This document shows, piece by piece, positions 10,003 through 19,091 of a stretch of 64,000 bases of DNA. The translations under genes were made by a program, and so were the position numbers. The notes under the pieces are model-generated. The model saw nothing but the letters and a program-made list of their open reading frames with translations. It was not told the origin of the DNA and made no database searches. The first letter of the stretch is position 1. Each line of letters starts with the position of its first letter. The DNA comes from an uncultured delta proteobacterium (GTDB lineage: Bacteria; Desulfobacterota; Syntrophia; Syntrophales; Smithellaceae). The stretch covers positions 192,001-256,000 of the forward strand of contig CAVWEH010000004.1 in assembly GCA_963753975.1 (NCBI GenBank), read 5' to 3'.

Positions 10003-11004
10003 ATGAAATCTGGAACAGATGAAGCAAAGAAATTCTTAACAGCTAATCTGAAAGCAACCTCCTGGGAGATGCTCCCCATTAAAAAAGGTGGCTCCGACCG
10101 CGGATTTTTTCGGGTTTGCCTGCCAGATAAAACCAGTTTCATTTTTATGTGCTACGGCACGGAAGTGAAAGAAAATGCTCACTGGGCGGGTATCAACAAG
10201 TTTCTGTCCGGTCTTAAAATTTCCGTACCGCAAATTGTTGCGCAAGATATAAAACGACATTTTATTTTGATGGAAGATTTAGGTGATATTGATTTATGGT
10301 CGCAAAGGACTCTTCCCTGGAACAGAAGACGCAATTATTATTATCAGGTGCTCACACAAATTCGTCGTCTGCATTCCTTTAAACTTAAAAAAATCCCGGC
10401 GGATTTGAAATTGTCGCCAGGATACGGCCCAAAACTTTACCGCTGGGAGCATAATTATTTTCTGGAAAATCTCGTTGGGGAAGTTTGTAAGATAAAGCCT
10501 CCTTCATCTTTGCTTAAAGAATTAAAAAAAGAATTGGAATCATTCAGCACACGCCTGCAAAAAATAAAACCTTGTCTTATTCATCGCGATTTTCAATCGC
10601 AAAATATCATGATCAAAAATGATCTGCCGGTGCTGATTGATTTTCAGGGAATGCGTTTAGGAAATCTTTTTTACGATCTGGGATCGCTCATCTGCGACCC
10701 TTACGTTTCCTTTACAACTGAAGAAAGAATCGAGTTGATAAACTTTTATTATGAACTCATGAATTCCGCTTACAGTCGTGATGAATTTATTCAAAATTTC
10801 TGGATAGGCTCGGTGCAACGACTTTTGCAGGCGCTAGGAGCATATGGTTTTCTGGGGCTTAAAAAAAATAAACCGGATTTTCTGAAGCATGCTTACAACG
10901 GCATAAGAAATCTAATTCTCGCCACATCCAATACCGGAAACTTGCCTATTCTGCACGGACTATCGCAACGATGCGAGAGTATTTTGGCTGATCGGCAAAT
11001 ATAA
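10003..11004 (+). CDS. APH-fold phosphotransferase, AmgK-like anomeric MurNAc/GlcNAc kinase
   Basis: GGSDRGFFR, EDLGD, HRDFQSQNIM, IDFQG and YDLGSL. Confidence 0.8.
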   Translation: MKSGTDEAKKFLTANLKATSWEMLPIKKGGSDRGFFRVCLPDKTSFIFMCYGTEVKENAHWAGINKFLSGLKISVPQIVAQDIKRHFILMEDLGDIDLWSQRTLPWNRRRNYYYQVLTQIRRLHSFKLKKIPADLKLSPGYGPKLYRWEHNYFLENLVGEVCKIKPPSSLLKELKKELESFSTRLQKIKPCLIHRDFQSQNIMIKNDLPVLIDFQGMRLGNLFYDLGSLICDPYVSFTTEERIELINFYYELMNSAYSRDEFIQNFWIGSVQRLLQALGAYGFLGLKKNKPDFLKHAYNGIRNLILATSNTGNLPILHGLSQRCESILADRQI

Positions 11005-11015
11005 ATCCCCCTTTC

Positions 11016-11042
11016 CCGATTTATACAGTCTGTATAAATCGG
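11016..11042. repeat. Perfect 13+1+13 bp palindrome upstream of the cassette array
   Basis: CCGATTTATACAG T CTGTATAAATCGG; its core recurs at 11157-11173. Confidence 0.85.
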
Positions 11043-11074
11043 AAACGAAAAAACATAAATTAAGCTTTATAATA

Positions 11075-11103
11075 TTGATTTTATTTAATAATATTGGTAA
11101 TAT
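11075..11103 (+). promoter_or_regulatory. Candidate cassette promoter (Pc-like, sigma70)
   Basis: TTGATT-N17-TAATAT with a TG extended -10, upstream of the first cassette. Confidence 0.45.
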
Positions 11104-11156
11104 TTTAAGTATAAGAAAACGCTTTATACAGGAAGCAGTAGTCTGTGTTTGCAGAA

Positions 11157-11185
11157 TTATACAGACTGTATAAACATTGTTGGCC
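11157..11185 (+). other. attI-like integron recombination site
   Basis: TAAACATTG/TTGGCC resembles attI1 TAAAACAAAG/TTRRRY. The core GTTGGCC (11179-11185) nearly complements the GGGCAAC that ends cassette 1. Confidence 0.6.
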
Positions 11186-11192
11186 TTAAATT

Positions 11193-12110
11193 ATGAAATT
11201 TCCACAAAGACCTTCTACACATATTAAAGAAACTGATTCGTGGAAAATTCTACAGAATTCAGTTCCTTCTGAATGGCTGCTTAGAGGAGTCACCGAACGA
11301 GATTATGGTGTTGACTGCTATCTTGAAATTGTAGGCCGCGATGGTTCTGTCAGAGGTGATCTAATATCAATCCAACTGAAAGGTACAGAAAGTCTCGATT
11401 GGAAGCAAAATGAAAAACAAAACAGACAAGAAGCAAAATTTCCTGGAATAAAAATTGAAACAATTAACTATTGGATGAATCTTGCAGTTCCGGTTTTTTT
11501 ATGCGTTGCTGAAACATCGACAAAGAAACTGTATTTTGCCCCAATAAAAAACCAAGTGAGAAATCAATATAAAAAATATAAGCTCCAGCAAAGTTTAAGT
11601 TTTGCATTAAGCACCAAACATATTCTTGATCACAACCAAGGATTATTAAATTTCATAATCTGCTACATTCAAGAAAAAAATTTCAAAGAGCTAACTGAAT
11701 TATCAAGGCTTCTCTTAATTCACTTACCTCAATATTATGAGTTCATAATAGGAAACCAGAAGTTAGATCCATTTTTAGGAGTAGAGCCAAATGATGAATT
11801 AATGTTTACCCATATTTACATGACATTGCATAGCCTTTGCAATGTGTTGGCAATAGACTGGAACATCAAATGGCTATCAGACATTTATGATGAAGACAAT
11901 AAAACGTGGAAAGATTCTTATAATAATCTACATAATTTAACTTTTACCCAAATTATACCTCAGCTTAACAAGAAACTCGTAGTAGTTCTGGAAAGTATAA
12001 AGAAAATTATCACTGAGTTTCAAAAGGAATTCTGGGAAACAAAAGAATATATTATTTATCGGAAAGCAAAAGAGATGGACGTATCAAACCTTGACTCATT
12101 GATATATTGA
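11193..12110 (+). CDS. Cassette 1: DUF4365-like PD-(D/E)XK nuclease-domain protein
   Basis: N-terminal DYGVDCYLEI...IQLKGT motif. Confidence 0.65.
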   Translation: MKFPQRPSTHIKETDSWKILQNSVPSEWLLRGVTERDYGVDCYLEIVGRDGSVRGDLISIQLKGTESLDWKQNEKQNRQEAKFPGIKIETINYWMNLAVPVFLCVAETSTKKLYFAPIKNQVRNQYKKYKLQQSLSFALSTKHILDHNQGLLNFIICYIQEKNFKELTELSRLLLIHLPQYYEFIIGNQKLDPFLGVEPNDELMFTHIYMTLHSLCNVLAIDWNIKWLSDIYDEDNKTWKDSYNNLHNLTFTQIIPQLNKKLVVVLESIKKIITEFQKEFWETKEYIIYRKAKEMDVSNLDSLIY

Positions 12111-12116
12111 ACAAAG

Positions 12117-12179
12117 GGGCAACCATCCGCTGGTGTGTGATACGCAAAAAGCCGCGCACCCCACAGCGGCATTTTGGCT
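12117..12179 (+). mobile_element. attC site 1 (degenerate R')
   Basis: GGGCAAC...CCGCTG/CAGCGG stem...TTTGGCT; the G of the GTT core reads T. Confidence 0.7.
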
Positions 12180-12193
12180 TAAGGAATTAATCA

Positions 12194-13144
12194 ATGAACG
12201 GACATCATGTAATTGAAGATCTGATTATTTTAAAGAATAACCATATTGTTAAAGATCCTAATTTTACCAAAGGCATTGACGTATTAATTAATTTAATCAA
12301 AAATGCTCAACATTTTTTCTTAGGTTGTTTTCAAGAGTTCTTCCCGCTTTTAGAAAATGTATTTGATAATAAATCTAGGGTATTTTTTGGCCCCTGCGCT
12401 GAACACGTTCGTCTACCATATAATATTTGCTGGTTTGAGTTTCAAAATATTGTCCAAGACATACCCATTACTGAGGATGTTCCCAAACGGGGAATTCTAG
12501 TAAAAGAGATGGACAAAGATCTAATATGGGTGTGGACTGTGAATTGCCCAAAATTCTATAAGAAGTGGATAGTAAGTCCGCAGCAGTATTTTATTACTAT
12601 AGGCAAAACTATTTCTGAACACGAAATGATGCGAGATATGGTAACTTCTTCACTTAAAAAGAGCGGTGCATCAGATTCCGTTATTCAATCATATTACGAA
12701 TCGAATATTTGGCCACTACCCATGATCAACGGTATGGATGTAAAGATGTCGCAGGGATTGATGAAAGATGATTATAGGGATTTAGTTGCTTTGAATGCAG
12801 CTTTGATGTTGTTAAATTGTAAAAATATTGTATCTGAAGATAATCTCCCAGCTGAAAAGCTTAATAGGAAAAGACATAAGAATGGCAAACAAGAATTATT
12901 TACATATAAAACTTTGAAATTAGTACTTCCTACGGAATTAAAAAATATTGGCAAGGAATATCTCCCCTCTGGAGCGAAAGTAAGAATTCACTTATGCCGC
13001 GGTCATTTTAAGAACTATACAAAAGAATCACCACTTTTTGGCAGATATACCGGTTTATATTGGTGGGAACCTCATATTAGAGGAGATAAAAACGAGGGGA
13101 TAGTGATTAAAGACTATAAAATTACAACCACATCAGCAAATTAA
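12194..13144 (+). CDS. Cassette 2: hypothetical protein with C-terminal HLCRGHF...WWEPHIRG motif
   Basis: 316-aa ORF with AAGGA RBS, flanked by attC sites. Confidence 0.7.
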   Translation: MNGHHVIEDLIILKNNHIVKDPNFTKGIDVLINLIKNAQHFFLGCFQEFFPLLENVFDNKSRVFFGPCAEHVRLPYNICWFEFQNIVQDIPITEDVPKRGILVKEMDKDLIWVWTVNCPKFYKKWIVSPQQYFITIGKTISEHEMMRDMVTSSLKKSGASDSVIQSYYESNIWPLPMINGMDVKMSQGLMKDDYRDLVALNAALMLLNCKNIVSEDNLPAEKLNRKRHKNGKQELFTYKTLKLVLPTELKNIGKEYLPSGAKVRIHLCRGHFKNYTKESPLFGRYTGLYWWEPHIRGDKNEGIVIKDYKITTTSAN

Positions 13145-13199
13145 AGCCAACCCGTCGCTACAGCCAATCGCTACGCTCCGGCTGATTTTTTCGTTATGT
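13145..13199 (+). mobile_element. attC site 2
   Basis: AGCCAAC...CAGCC/GGCTG stem...GTTATGT; AAGCCAA complements the TTGGCTT at the cassette start. Confidence 0.85.
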
Positions 13200-13213
13200 T
13201 TGGAAATATCAAA

Positions 13214-13852
13214 ATGAAAGCATTCATAAGCCCAAATTACACTCAAGAAAAATTTGATAAACCAACAATCGACGATCTTATAGATGTTTTTAAGGATCGA
13301 ATATTAAATTGGCTATTTGAACCTGTTAAAAAGTTAATAATTGAGAAAGATGGATACTTTGGCGCTGTTTGTCTTCTTTTAACTTATTTTGAAGGAATCT
13401 GGTCGTACATCAGCGGTATCGATAGTGAAGGAAAATCGAAGAAATATTTTATTAAAGCTTTTATAGACGTATTTAGTTCATCTGGCCATAATCCCGTCCT
13501 GTTAGAACGGGTTGCGTTAATACTATATGAAGATGGCCGCTGTGGGTTCTTCCACGATGGCATGTCAAGAGCACGTATCTTTTTGGCGGAGCTTAACAAG
13601 ATAGATATGTTAATTACACTTCCCAAAACACCTGACGGAAAGGTCGACGTTGATGGGCAAATTAAATCCATTATGATAGATCCACGATATTTCATGGCAG
13701 CAATCGAAAGGCATTTTATTGATTATTTGCTTTGTCTTAGCAAGCCAAATGAAAAAGTAAAACGTGATAACTTTTTAAAAATCGCCAAGGAAAAATGGAT
13801 TTATGAATATGAAGGTGTTGTTATCGGTCTTAATAAAGATGGTTCAATGTAG
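13214..13852 (+). CDS. Cassette 3: putative HEPN-like protein
   Basis: Helical-looking protein with an Rx4H motif (RCGFFH). Start may instead be 13196, inside the attC core. Confidence 0.5.
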   Translation: MKAFISPNYTQEKFDKPTIDDLIDVFKDRILNWLFEPVKKLIIEKDGYFGAVCLLLTYFEGIWSYISGIDSEGKSKKYFIKAFIDVFSSSGHNPVLLERVALILYEDGRCGFFHDGMSRARIFLAELNKIDMLITLPKTPDGKVDVDGQIKSIMIDPRYFMAAIERHFIDYLLCLSKPNEKVKRDNFLKIAKEKWIYEYEGVVIGLNKDGSM

Positions 13853-13885
13853 AAATAACAAGATTAATACAGTCGATCGTTATGC
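13853..13885 (+). mobile_element. attC site 3, internally deleted
   Basis: AAATAAC-AAGATTAATACAGTCGATC-GTTATGC. The left half matches attC4/5 and the right arm is missing. Confidence 0.7.
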
Positions 13886-13967
13886 AATAAATATATACCA
13901 ATGATAACCATATATATACCCATATTAATATATTGCAATATTTACATGATTTTGGCATAGTAAGCCC

Positions 13968-14255
13968 ATGAAAAAAGTGATCTTCGAATGGGATGAGGAA
14001 AAGAATAAAGAAAATCAATCAAAGCATGGCGTTTCTTTTATAACTGCACAGCAGGCTTTTCTTGATCCCCACCGCGTCATCGCGGAAGACATTACCCATG
14101 GCACTGAAGAAAATCGGTATTATTGTATGGGTCATGTAGGCGAAGGTATTTTAACGGTTAGGTTTACGTATCGTGGTAACGTAATTCGTATCTATGGCGC
14201 AGGCTATTGGAGAAAAGGAAGGAAAATCTATGAAGACCAAAATAAAATATACTGA
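13968..14255 (+). CDS. Cassette 4: BrnT-family toxin
   Basis: FEWDEEKNKENQSKHGVSF...EENRY...LTVRFTYR...IRI. Confidence 0.9.
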   Translation: MKKVIFEWDEEKNKENQSKHGVSFITAQQAFLDPHRVIAEDITHGTEENRYYCMGHVGEGILTVRFTYRGNVIRIYGAGYWRKGRKIYEDQNKIY

Positions 14256-14470
14256 AGAACCTATGGGCAATTTGAGAGTTGTAAAAGACTTTCTCCCACC
14301 CCCTGATCAAGTTGGTGCTGAAGGAAGACAATGTGAAAGTTACATTATCTTTAAAGAAATCCAGCATCACCTTTTTCAAAAAAGAAGCAAAGACGCAGAA
14401 GACTTCATATCAGAAAATGATAAGAGAAGTAGTAGATTGGTACGCTTCACATTATCAGAAGAGCGCGTAA
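14230..14470 (+). pseudogene. BrnA/CopG-like antitoxin with +1 frameshift near 14310
   Basis: MKTKIKYTEEP...DFLPPPDQ continues in another frame as LVLKEDNVKVTLSLKKSSITFFK...YQKMIREVVDWYASHYQKSA*. Confidence 0.8.
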
Positions 14471-14520
14471 CAAAATCAATACAGTCGATTGCCGCGCTCC
14501 TGCTGCTTTTTTCGTTATAC
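14465..14520 (+). mobile_element. attC site 4
   Basis: GCGTAAC...CAGTCGAT...GCTG...GTTATAC; the AAC box overlaps the antitoxin stop codon. Confidence 0.8.
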
Positions 14521-14543
14521 AACGAGAAATCGGAGGCATTAAT

Positions 14544-15488
14544 ATGCAATTTGGAAAAATAAAGAAACTATATCCAAGGGAGATTTGGCCAAATGAGGCG
14601 AAGAATTTTACACCATGGCTTGCTGATAACATCACTGCTCTTGGTGAGGCCCTTGGAATGGATTTAGAACGGACAGATACTGAAGCAGACGTTGGTGATT
14701 TCGCATTGGATTTGTTAGCGAAGGATTTAGGCACCGGACACACTGTAATAATTGAAAATCAACTGACACAAACGGATCACGACCATCTTGGTAAATTGTT
14801 GACATATGCCGCAGGATTCAATGCTTCGACGGTGGTATGGGTTTCTGAGGTGATACGTGATGAGCACAGGCAAGCGCTTGAATGGCTAAATCAGAGGACA
14901 GACGAAGAAACTCAATTTTTTGGCGTCATCATTGAAGTCATACAAATAGATGATTCAAAACCCGCCTATAGTTTTAAGCCAGTCGTTGTACCAAACGAAT
15001 GGCGGAAATCGAAAAAAAGGCAAGCTAACAATACTGTTTCTGAGAAAGGTGAATTGTATCGTAATTACTTCCAGTCACTCATTGATGAACTGAGAGAAAA
15101 ATATAAGTTTACAAATGCAAGAATCGGCCAACCGCAAAACTGGTATTCCTTTTCCTCTGGCGTCTCAGGTATTTCTTTTGGTGCTGTTTTTGTACAAGGT
15201 AGCAAGACACGCACGGAACTCTATATAGATGTTGGTGAAGTTGAAAAGAACAAAGCATTATTTGATTGGCTATACGAGCAAAGAGAAGAAATAAACTCCA
15301 AATTTGGTAAAGAAATTGAGTGGGAACGTCTAGATGATAAAAGGGCTTCGCGCATTGCGATCTACAGAGACGGGACAATTCAAAGCAATGAAGAGGAACT
15401 AGTACAAATTAAAACTTGGCATATTGAAAATCTTATCATCTTCAAGAAAATTTTTACGCCTTTGATCAAGAAATATGGCTGGAAATGA
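14544..15488 (+). CDS. Cassette 5: DUF4268-domain protein with N-terminal endonuclease-like domain
   Basis: EAKNFTPWL, DLLAKD...IIENQL, DHDHLGKLLTYAAG; C-terminal WERLDDKRASRI. Confidence 0.8.
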   Translation: MQFGKIKKLYPREIWPNEAKNFTPWLADNITALGEALGMDLERTDTEADVGDFALDLLAKDLGTGHTVIIENQLTQTDHDHLGKLLTYAAGFNASTVVWVSEVIRDEHRQALEWLNQRTDEETQFFGVIIEVIQIDDSKPAYSFKPVVVPNEWRKSKKRQANNTVSEKGELYRNYFQSLIDELREKYKFTNARIGQPQNWYSFSSGVSGISFGAVFVQGSKTRTELYIDVGEVEKNKALFDWLYEQREEINSKFGKEIEWERLDDKRASRIAIYRDGTIQSNEEELVQIKTWHIENLIIFKKIFTPLIKKYGWK

Positions 15489-15498
15489 AAGGATAACC

Positions 15499-15554
15499 GT
15501 GTAACAAGATGAATCCAGCCGATCGTTTACTCCGGCTGATTTTTTCGGTTAGGG
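15499..15554 (+). mobile_element. attC site 5
   Basis: GTGTAAC...AATCCAGCCG/CGGCTGATT with an extrahelical base...GTTAGGG. Confidence 0.9.
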
Positions 15555-15564
15555 CCAAAGAATA

Positions 15565-16266
15565 ATGGGAAAACACCGAATTTATTGCAACTCGTGCAAA
15601 AATAATACATGGCACGAGGTAGCAGCAAATCACGACCAAAAAAGGGAAGATAATCTTTGGGGCTACCAGCAGAATTTTGAGGCCGAGATATTACGTTGTT
15701 GCGGGTGCGATCAAATCTCATTTAGGTTGGTCAAGCATCCGTTTGAATTCCAAGACAAAAATGACAAACCAGAGGAAGAAATATATCCGGAACGCGGATT
15801 TAAGCAACGAGAGCAGAGATATTTTCTCCATCTTCCAACAGAAGTCCGTAATTTATACAATGAAACATTATCAGCACACGATAGAAATTTGATTCTACTG
15901 TCTACTGTAGGCCTTCGGGCGCTTATCGAGGCAATTGTGGCCAATAAACTGAGCAAAAAAGACTACGGAGAAACACTCGAATCAAAAATAAATGCATTAG
16001 CAAAATATTTCAATGAATCTACAATCAATACGTTACATGAGTTTCGCACAATGGGGAATAAAGCAATCCATGCCCAGCTTGCGCCTGACCCACTTGATAT
16101 ACATAGAGCGTTATATGTTGTGGAGGGTATTATGGAGTTCTTCTATGGCATAGATGAACATGTATATACTTATAAAACCTTCAAAAATAAAAAAAAGAAT
16201 AAAAAAAGCCCTAACAAAAAAATCCGGCGGACGGGCAATAAGCATGCTACGATTTCAAAATCGTAG
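15565..16266 (+). CDS. Cassette 6: DUF4145 (HEPN) protein with N-terminal zinc ribbon
   Basis: CNSC...CCGC; LRALIEAI; RTMGNKAIH HEPN motif. The C-terminus reads through into the attC. Confidence 0.75.
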   Translation: MGKHRIYCNSCKNNTWHEVAANHDQKREDNLWGYQQNFEAEILRCCGCDQISFRLVKHPFEFQDKNDKPEEEIYPERGFKQREQRYFLHLPTEVRNLYNETLSAHDRNLILLSTVGLRALIEAIVANKLSKKDYGETLESKINALAKYFNESTINTLHEFRTMGNKAIHAQLAPDPLDIHRALYVVEGIMEFFYGIDEHVYTYKTFKNKKKNKKSPNKKIRRTGNKHATISKS

Positions 16267-16298
16267 GTTGTCCTCGCTGCTGATTTATATTGTTCCCC
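16209..16298 (+). mobile_element. attC site 6 (last)
   Basis: GCCCTAAC is the exact complement of the cassette-opening GTTAGGGC; inner CTACGATTT/AAATCGTAG stem; ends GTTCCCC. Confidence 0.8.
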
Positions 16299-16463
16299 CG
16301 CCGCATACGGGTTCCATTACACCACTCGCGTTTCCGCGGTTACATACTTTTTCAGCATATCAAATAGATTATCTGTTTGAAAAACTGCCTCTACGATAAA
16401 GGCATTGCAAGCACTTAAGCGATATGTTAGACAAATCACCGATTATTAACTCCGGAGTCCGCT

Positions 16464-19049
16464 ATGAACATTAAGTACGATCCCCATCAGATTGAAGAAA
16501 AATGGCAGAAGAAGTGGGGCAAAGAAAAAACCTTTAAAGTCACGGAAGATGCACAGAAAGAAAAATATTATCTGCTGGAAATGTTCCCCTATCCTTCCGG
16601 TAAAATTCATATAGGGCACGTGCGTAATTATACCATCGGTGATGTCGTCGCCCGCTACAAACGCATGAAAGGTTATAATGTTTTACATCCGATGGGGTGG
16701 GATGCCTTCGGTCTGCCCGCGGAAAACGCTGCTATTGAACATAAAATTCACCCTTCCCAGTGGACAAATGACAATATCGCTCACATGAAGAAGCAGCTCA
16801 AAAGAATGGGCTTCAGCTACGACTGGGATAGGGAAATATCGACTTGCGAACCGCAGTATTATCGCTGGGAACAGTTATATTTTCTGTGGATGTATGAAAA
16901 AGGCCTGGCCTACAAGAAACGTTCCACTGTCAATTATTGCAGCAAGTGTGAAACAGTTCTGGCGAACGAGCAGGTCGAAGGCGGCTTATGCTGGCGCTGC
17001 GGCACGGAAGTAAATGAAAAAACATTGGATCAATGGTTTTTCCAGATTACCGCCTACATCGAGGAGCTCTTGGACTACTGTGATAAGCTTCCCGGCTGGC
17101 CGGAAAAAGTTCTTACCATGCAGAAAAACTGGATCGGAAAAAGTTACGGCTGCGAAGTGGATTTCCCGCTTATCGGTTCCAATAAAGTTATCAAAATATT
17201 CACCACGCGCCAGGACACTCTTTTCGGCGCAACCTTTATGCTCATTGCCGCGGAACTGCCGCTGGTTTCCGAATTATCCAAGGGTAAAGCCATCGAAAAA
17301 GACGTCCAGCAATTTGTGGAAAAAGTAAAAAAGCAAGACCGGCTGATGCGCACTTCCGAGTATTATGAAAAGGAAGGAATTTTTCTCGAGGCCTATTGCG
17401 AGAATCCTTTGACCGGAAAAAAGATGCCCATCTACGCCACTAATTTTGTATTAGCCGATTATGGCACCGGCTGTGTTATGGCCGTTCCCACTCACGATCA
17501 GCGCGACTTTGAATTCGCGAAGAAATTCAATCTGCCCCTGATTGTCGTTATTCAGCCGAAAGGCAAGAAACTTGACGCGGAAAAAATGACCGAAGCTTAC
17601 ACGGAAGAAGGAATTTTAGTCAATTCCGGCAAATTCAACGGCCTAGAAAATCTTAAAGCTTTAGAATCCATTGCCGATTATTTAGAGTCGATCGGCCGCG
17701 GCAAACGAATGATCCAGTACCGCCTGCGTGATTGGGGAATTTCGCGTCAGCGCTACTGGGGCGCGCCCATTCCCATGGTTAACTGTAAAAAATGCGGCAT
17801 CGTTCCGGTTCGCGAATCTGATTTGCCCATCGTGCTGCCGGGTGATGTTGTATTAAGTGGTGAAGGCGGATCACCGCTCGCGGCCCTAAAAGAGTTTGTT
17901 CAAACAACTTGCCCCCAATGCGGCGGTGCGGCCGAAAGAGAAACGGATACGATGGATACCTTTGTGGAATCCTCCTGGTATTTCGATCGCTTTTGCAGCC
18001 CAGATGCTGATAAGAAACCAGGCCTGGACCGCAAAAAACTGGATTACTGGATGCCGGTTGATCAGTACATCGGCGGCGTGGAACACGCCATCATGCATTT
18101 GCTCTACGCCCGTTTTTATACTAAGATGCTGCGCGATTTTGGTGTTATCGGTGTGGACGAACCTTTCTTAAACTTACTCACTCAGGGAATGGTTTGCAAA
18201 GAAACGACGAAGTGCCCGGAGCATGGATACCTTTTCCCCGAGCAGGCGGCGGAAGGAAAATGCCACATCTGCCAAAAAGAAGTAATTATCGGCAAGACGG
18301 AAAAGATGTCCAAATCGCTGAAGAATGTTATCGATCCGGACTATCTTATCGAAACTTACGGCGCCGATACCGCCCGCATTTTTTGCCTTTTTGCAGCTCC
18401 TCCGGAAAAGGATTTGGAATGGAGCGATCAGGGAGTGGAAGGGTCATTCCGTTTCTTGAACCGCCTGTGGCGCATATTTGCTGAATATTTAGACGATATC
18501 AAGAAGGTAAAGCCGCTTTTCGGAAACCATGATTTAGAAGGTGAACTGAAGAATCTGCGGCGCAAAACTCATCAAACCATCCACAAAGTAACCATTGACA
18601 TCGAAGACCGTTTCCATTTCAATACAGCTATCAGCGCGGTTATGGAATTGGTTAATGCCATCTATCAGATAAAACGTCCCGGCAAAGATGATAAAATTGC
18701 CCTGGCTGTCGTCCGGGAAGCACTGGAATCAGCCGTCATCCTGCTTGCTCCAATTGTACCGCACATCGCCGAAGAACTCTGGCAAAAGCTCGGCTATAAA
18801 AGAGATGTTTCCAATGTTTCGTGGCCGGAATATGATAAGACCATCGCGAGCGAAGAAGAAATAACGGTTGTCATTCAGATTAACGGCAAACTGCGCAGCC
18901 GGATGACCGTGCCTGTCGATCACGATGCGGAAAAAATAAAGGCGGCCGCACTAGCGGATGAAAAAATCAAGGACATGATTAAAGAAGCAAAAGTCTTGAA
19001 AGTTATTTACGTAACTAATAAACTGGTCAATATTGTAATTGCCCAATAA
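16464..19049 (+). CDS. leuS: Leucine--tRNA ligase
   Basis: MFPYPSG..HIGH and KMSKS motifs; 861 aa. Confidence 0.98.
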   Translation: MNIKYDPHQIEEKWQKKWGKEKTFKVTEDAQKEKYYLLEMFPYPSGKIHIGHVRNYTIGDVVARYKRMKGYNVLHPMGWDAFGLPAENAAIEHKIHPSQWTNDNIAHMKKQLKRMGFSYDWDREISTCEPQYYRWEQLYFLWMYEKGLAYKKRSTVNYCSKCETVLANEQVEGGLCWRCGTEVNEKTLDQWFFQITAYIEELLDYCDKLPGWPEKVLTMQKNWIGKSYGCEVDFPLIGSNKVIKIFTTRQDTLFGATFMLIAAELPLVSELSKGKAIEKDVQQFVEKVKKQDRLMRTSEYYEKEGIFLEAYCENPLTGKKMPIYATNFVLADYGTGCVMAVPTHDQRDFEFAKKFNLPLIVVIQPKGKKLDAEKMTEAYTEEGILVNSGKFNGLENLKALESIADYLESIGRGKRMIQYRLRDWGISRQRYWGAPIPMVNCKKCGIVPVRESDLPIVLPGDVVLSGEGGSPLAALKEFVQTTCPQCGGAAERETDTMDTFVESSWYFDRFCSPDADKKPGLDRKKLDYWMPVDQYIGGVEHAIMHLLYARFYTKMLRDFGVIGVDEPFLNLLTQGMVCKETTKCPEHGYLFPEQAAEGKCHICQKEVIIGKTEKMSKSLKNVIDPDYLIETYGADTARIFCLFAAPPEKDLEWSDQGVEGSFRFLNRLWRIFAEYLDDIKKVKPLFGNHDLEGELKNLRRKTHQTIHKVTIDIEDRFHFNTAISAVMELVNAIYQIKRPGKDDKIALAVVREALESAVILLAPIVPHIAEELWQKLGYKRDVSNVSWPEYDKTIASEEEITVVIQINGKLRSRMTVPVDHDAEKIKAAALADEKIKDMIKEAKVLKVIYVTNKLVNIVIAQ

Positions 19050-19091
19050 CGGCAATTAACTACTTTGACTTCCACTAATAAAGGTGTTCTC

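Larger units (their letters stand above)
11179..16298 (+). mobile_element. Integron gene-cassette array without adjacent integrase (CALIN-like), six cassettes
   Basis: Co-oriented AT-rich ORFs, each cassette followed by an AAC...GTT palindromic attC. Each 3' AAC box matches the GTT core that opens the same cassette. Confidence 0.88.

Noticed and set aside
10003..11190. Integron integrase upstream of the array
   Set aside because: The upstream gene is an AmgK-like kinase on the same strand. No tyrosine-recombinase ORF was found on either strand.
14194..14562. 122-aa ORF as an intact antitoxin
   Set aside because: It is the out-of-frame read-through of the frameshifted antitoxin and crosses attC4.
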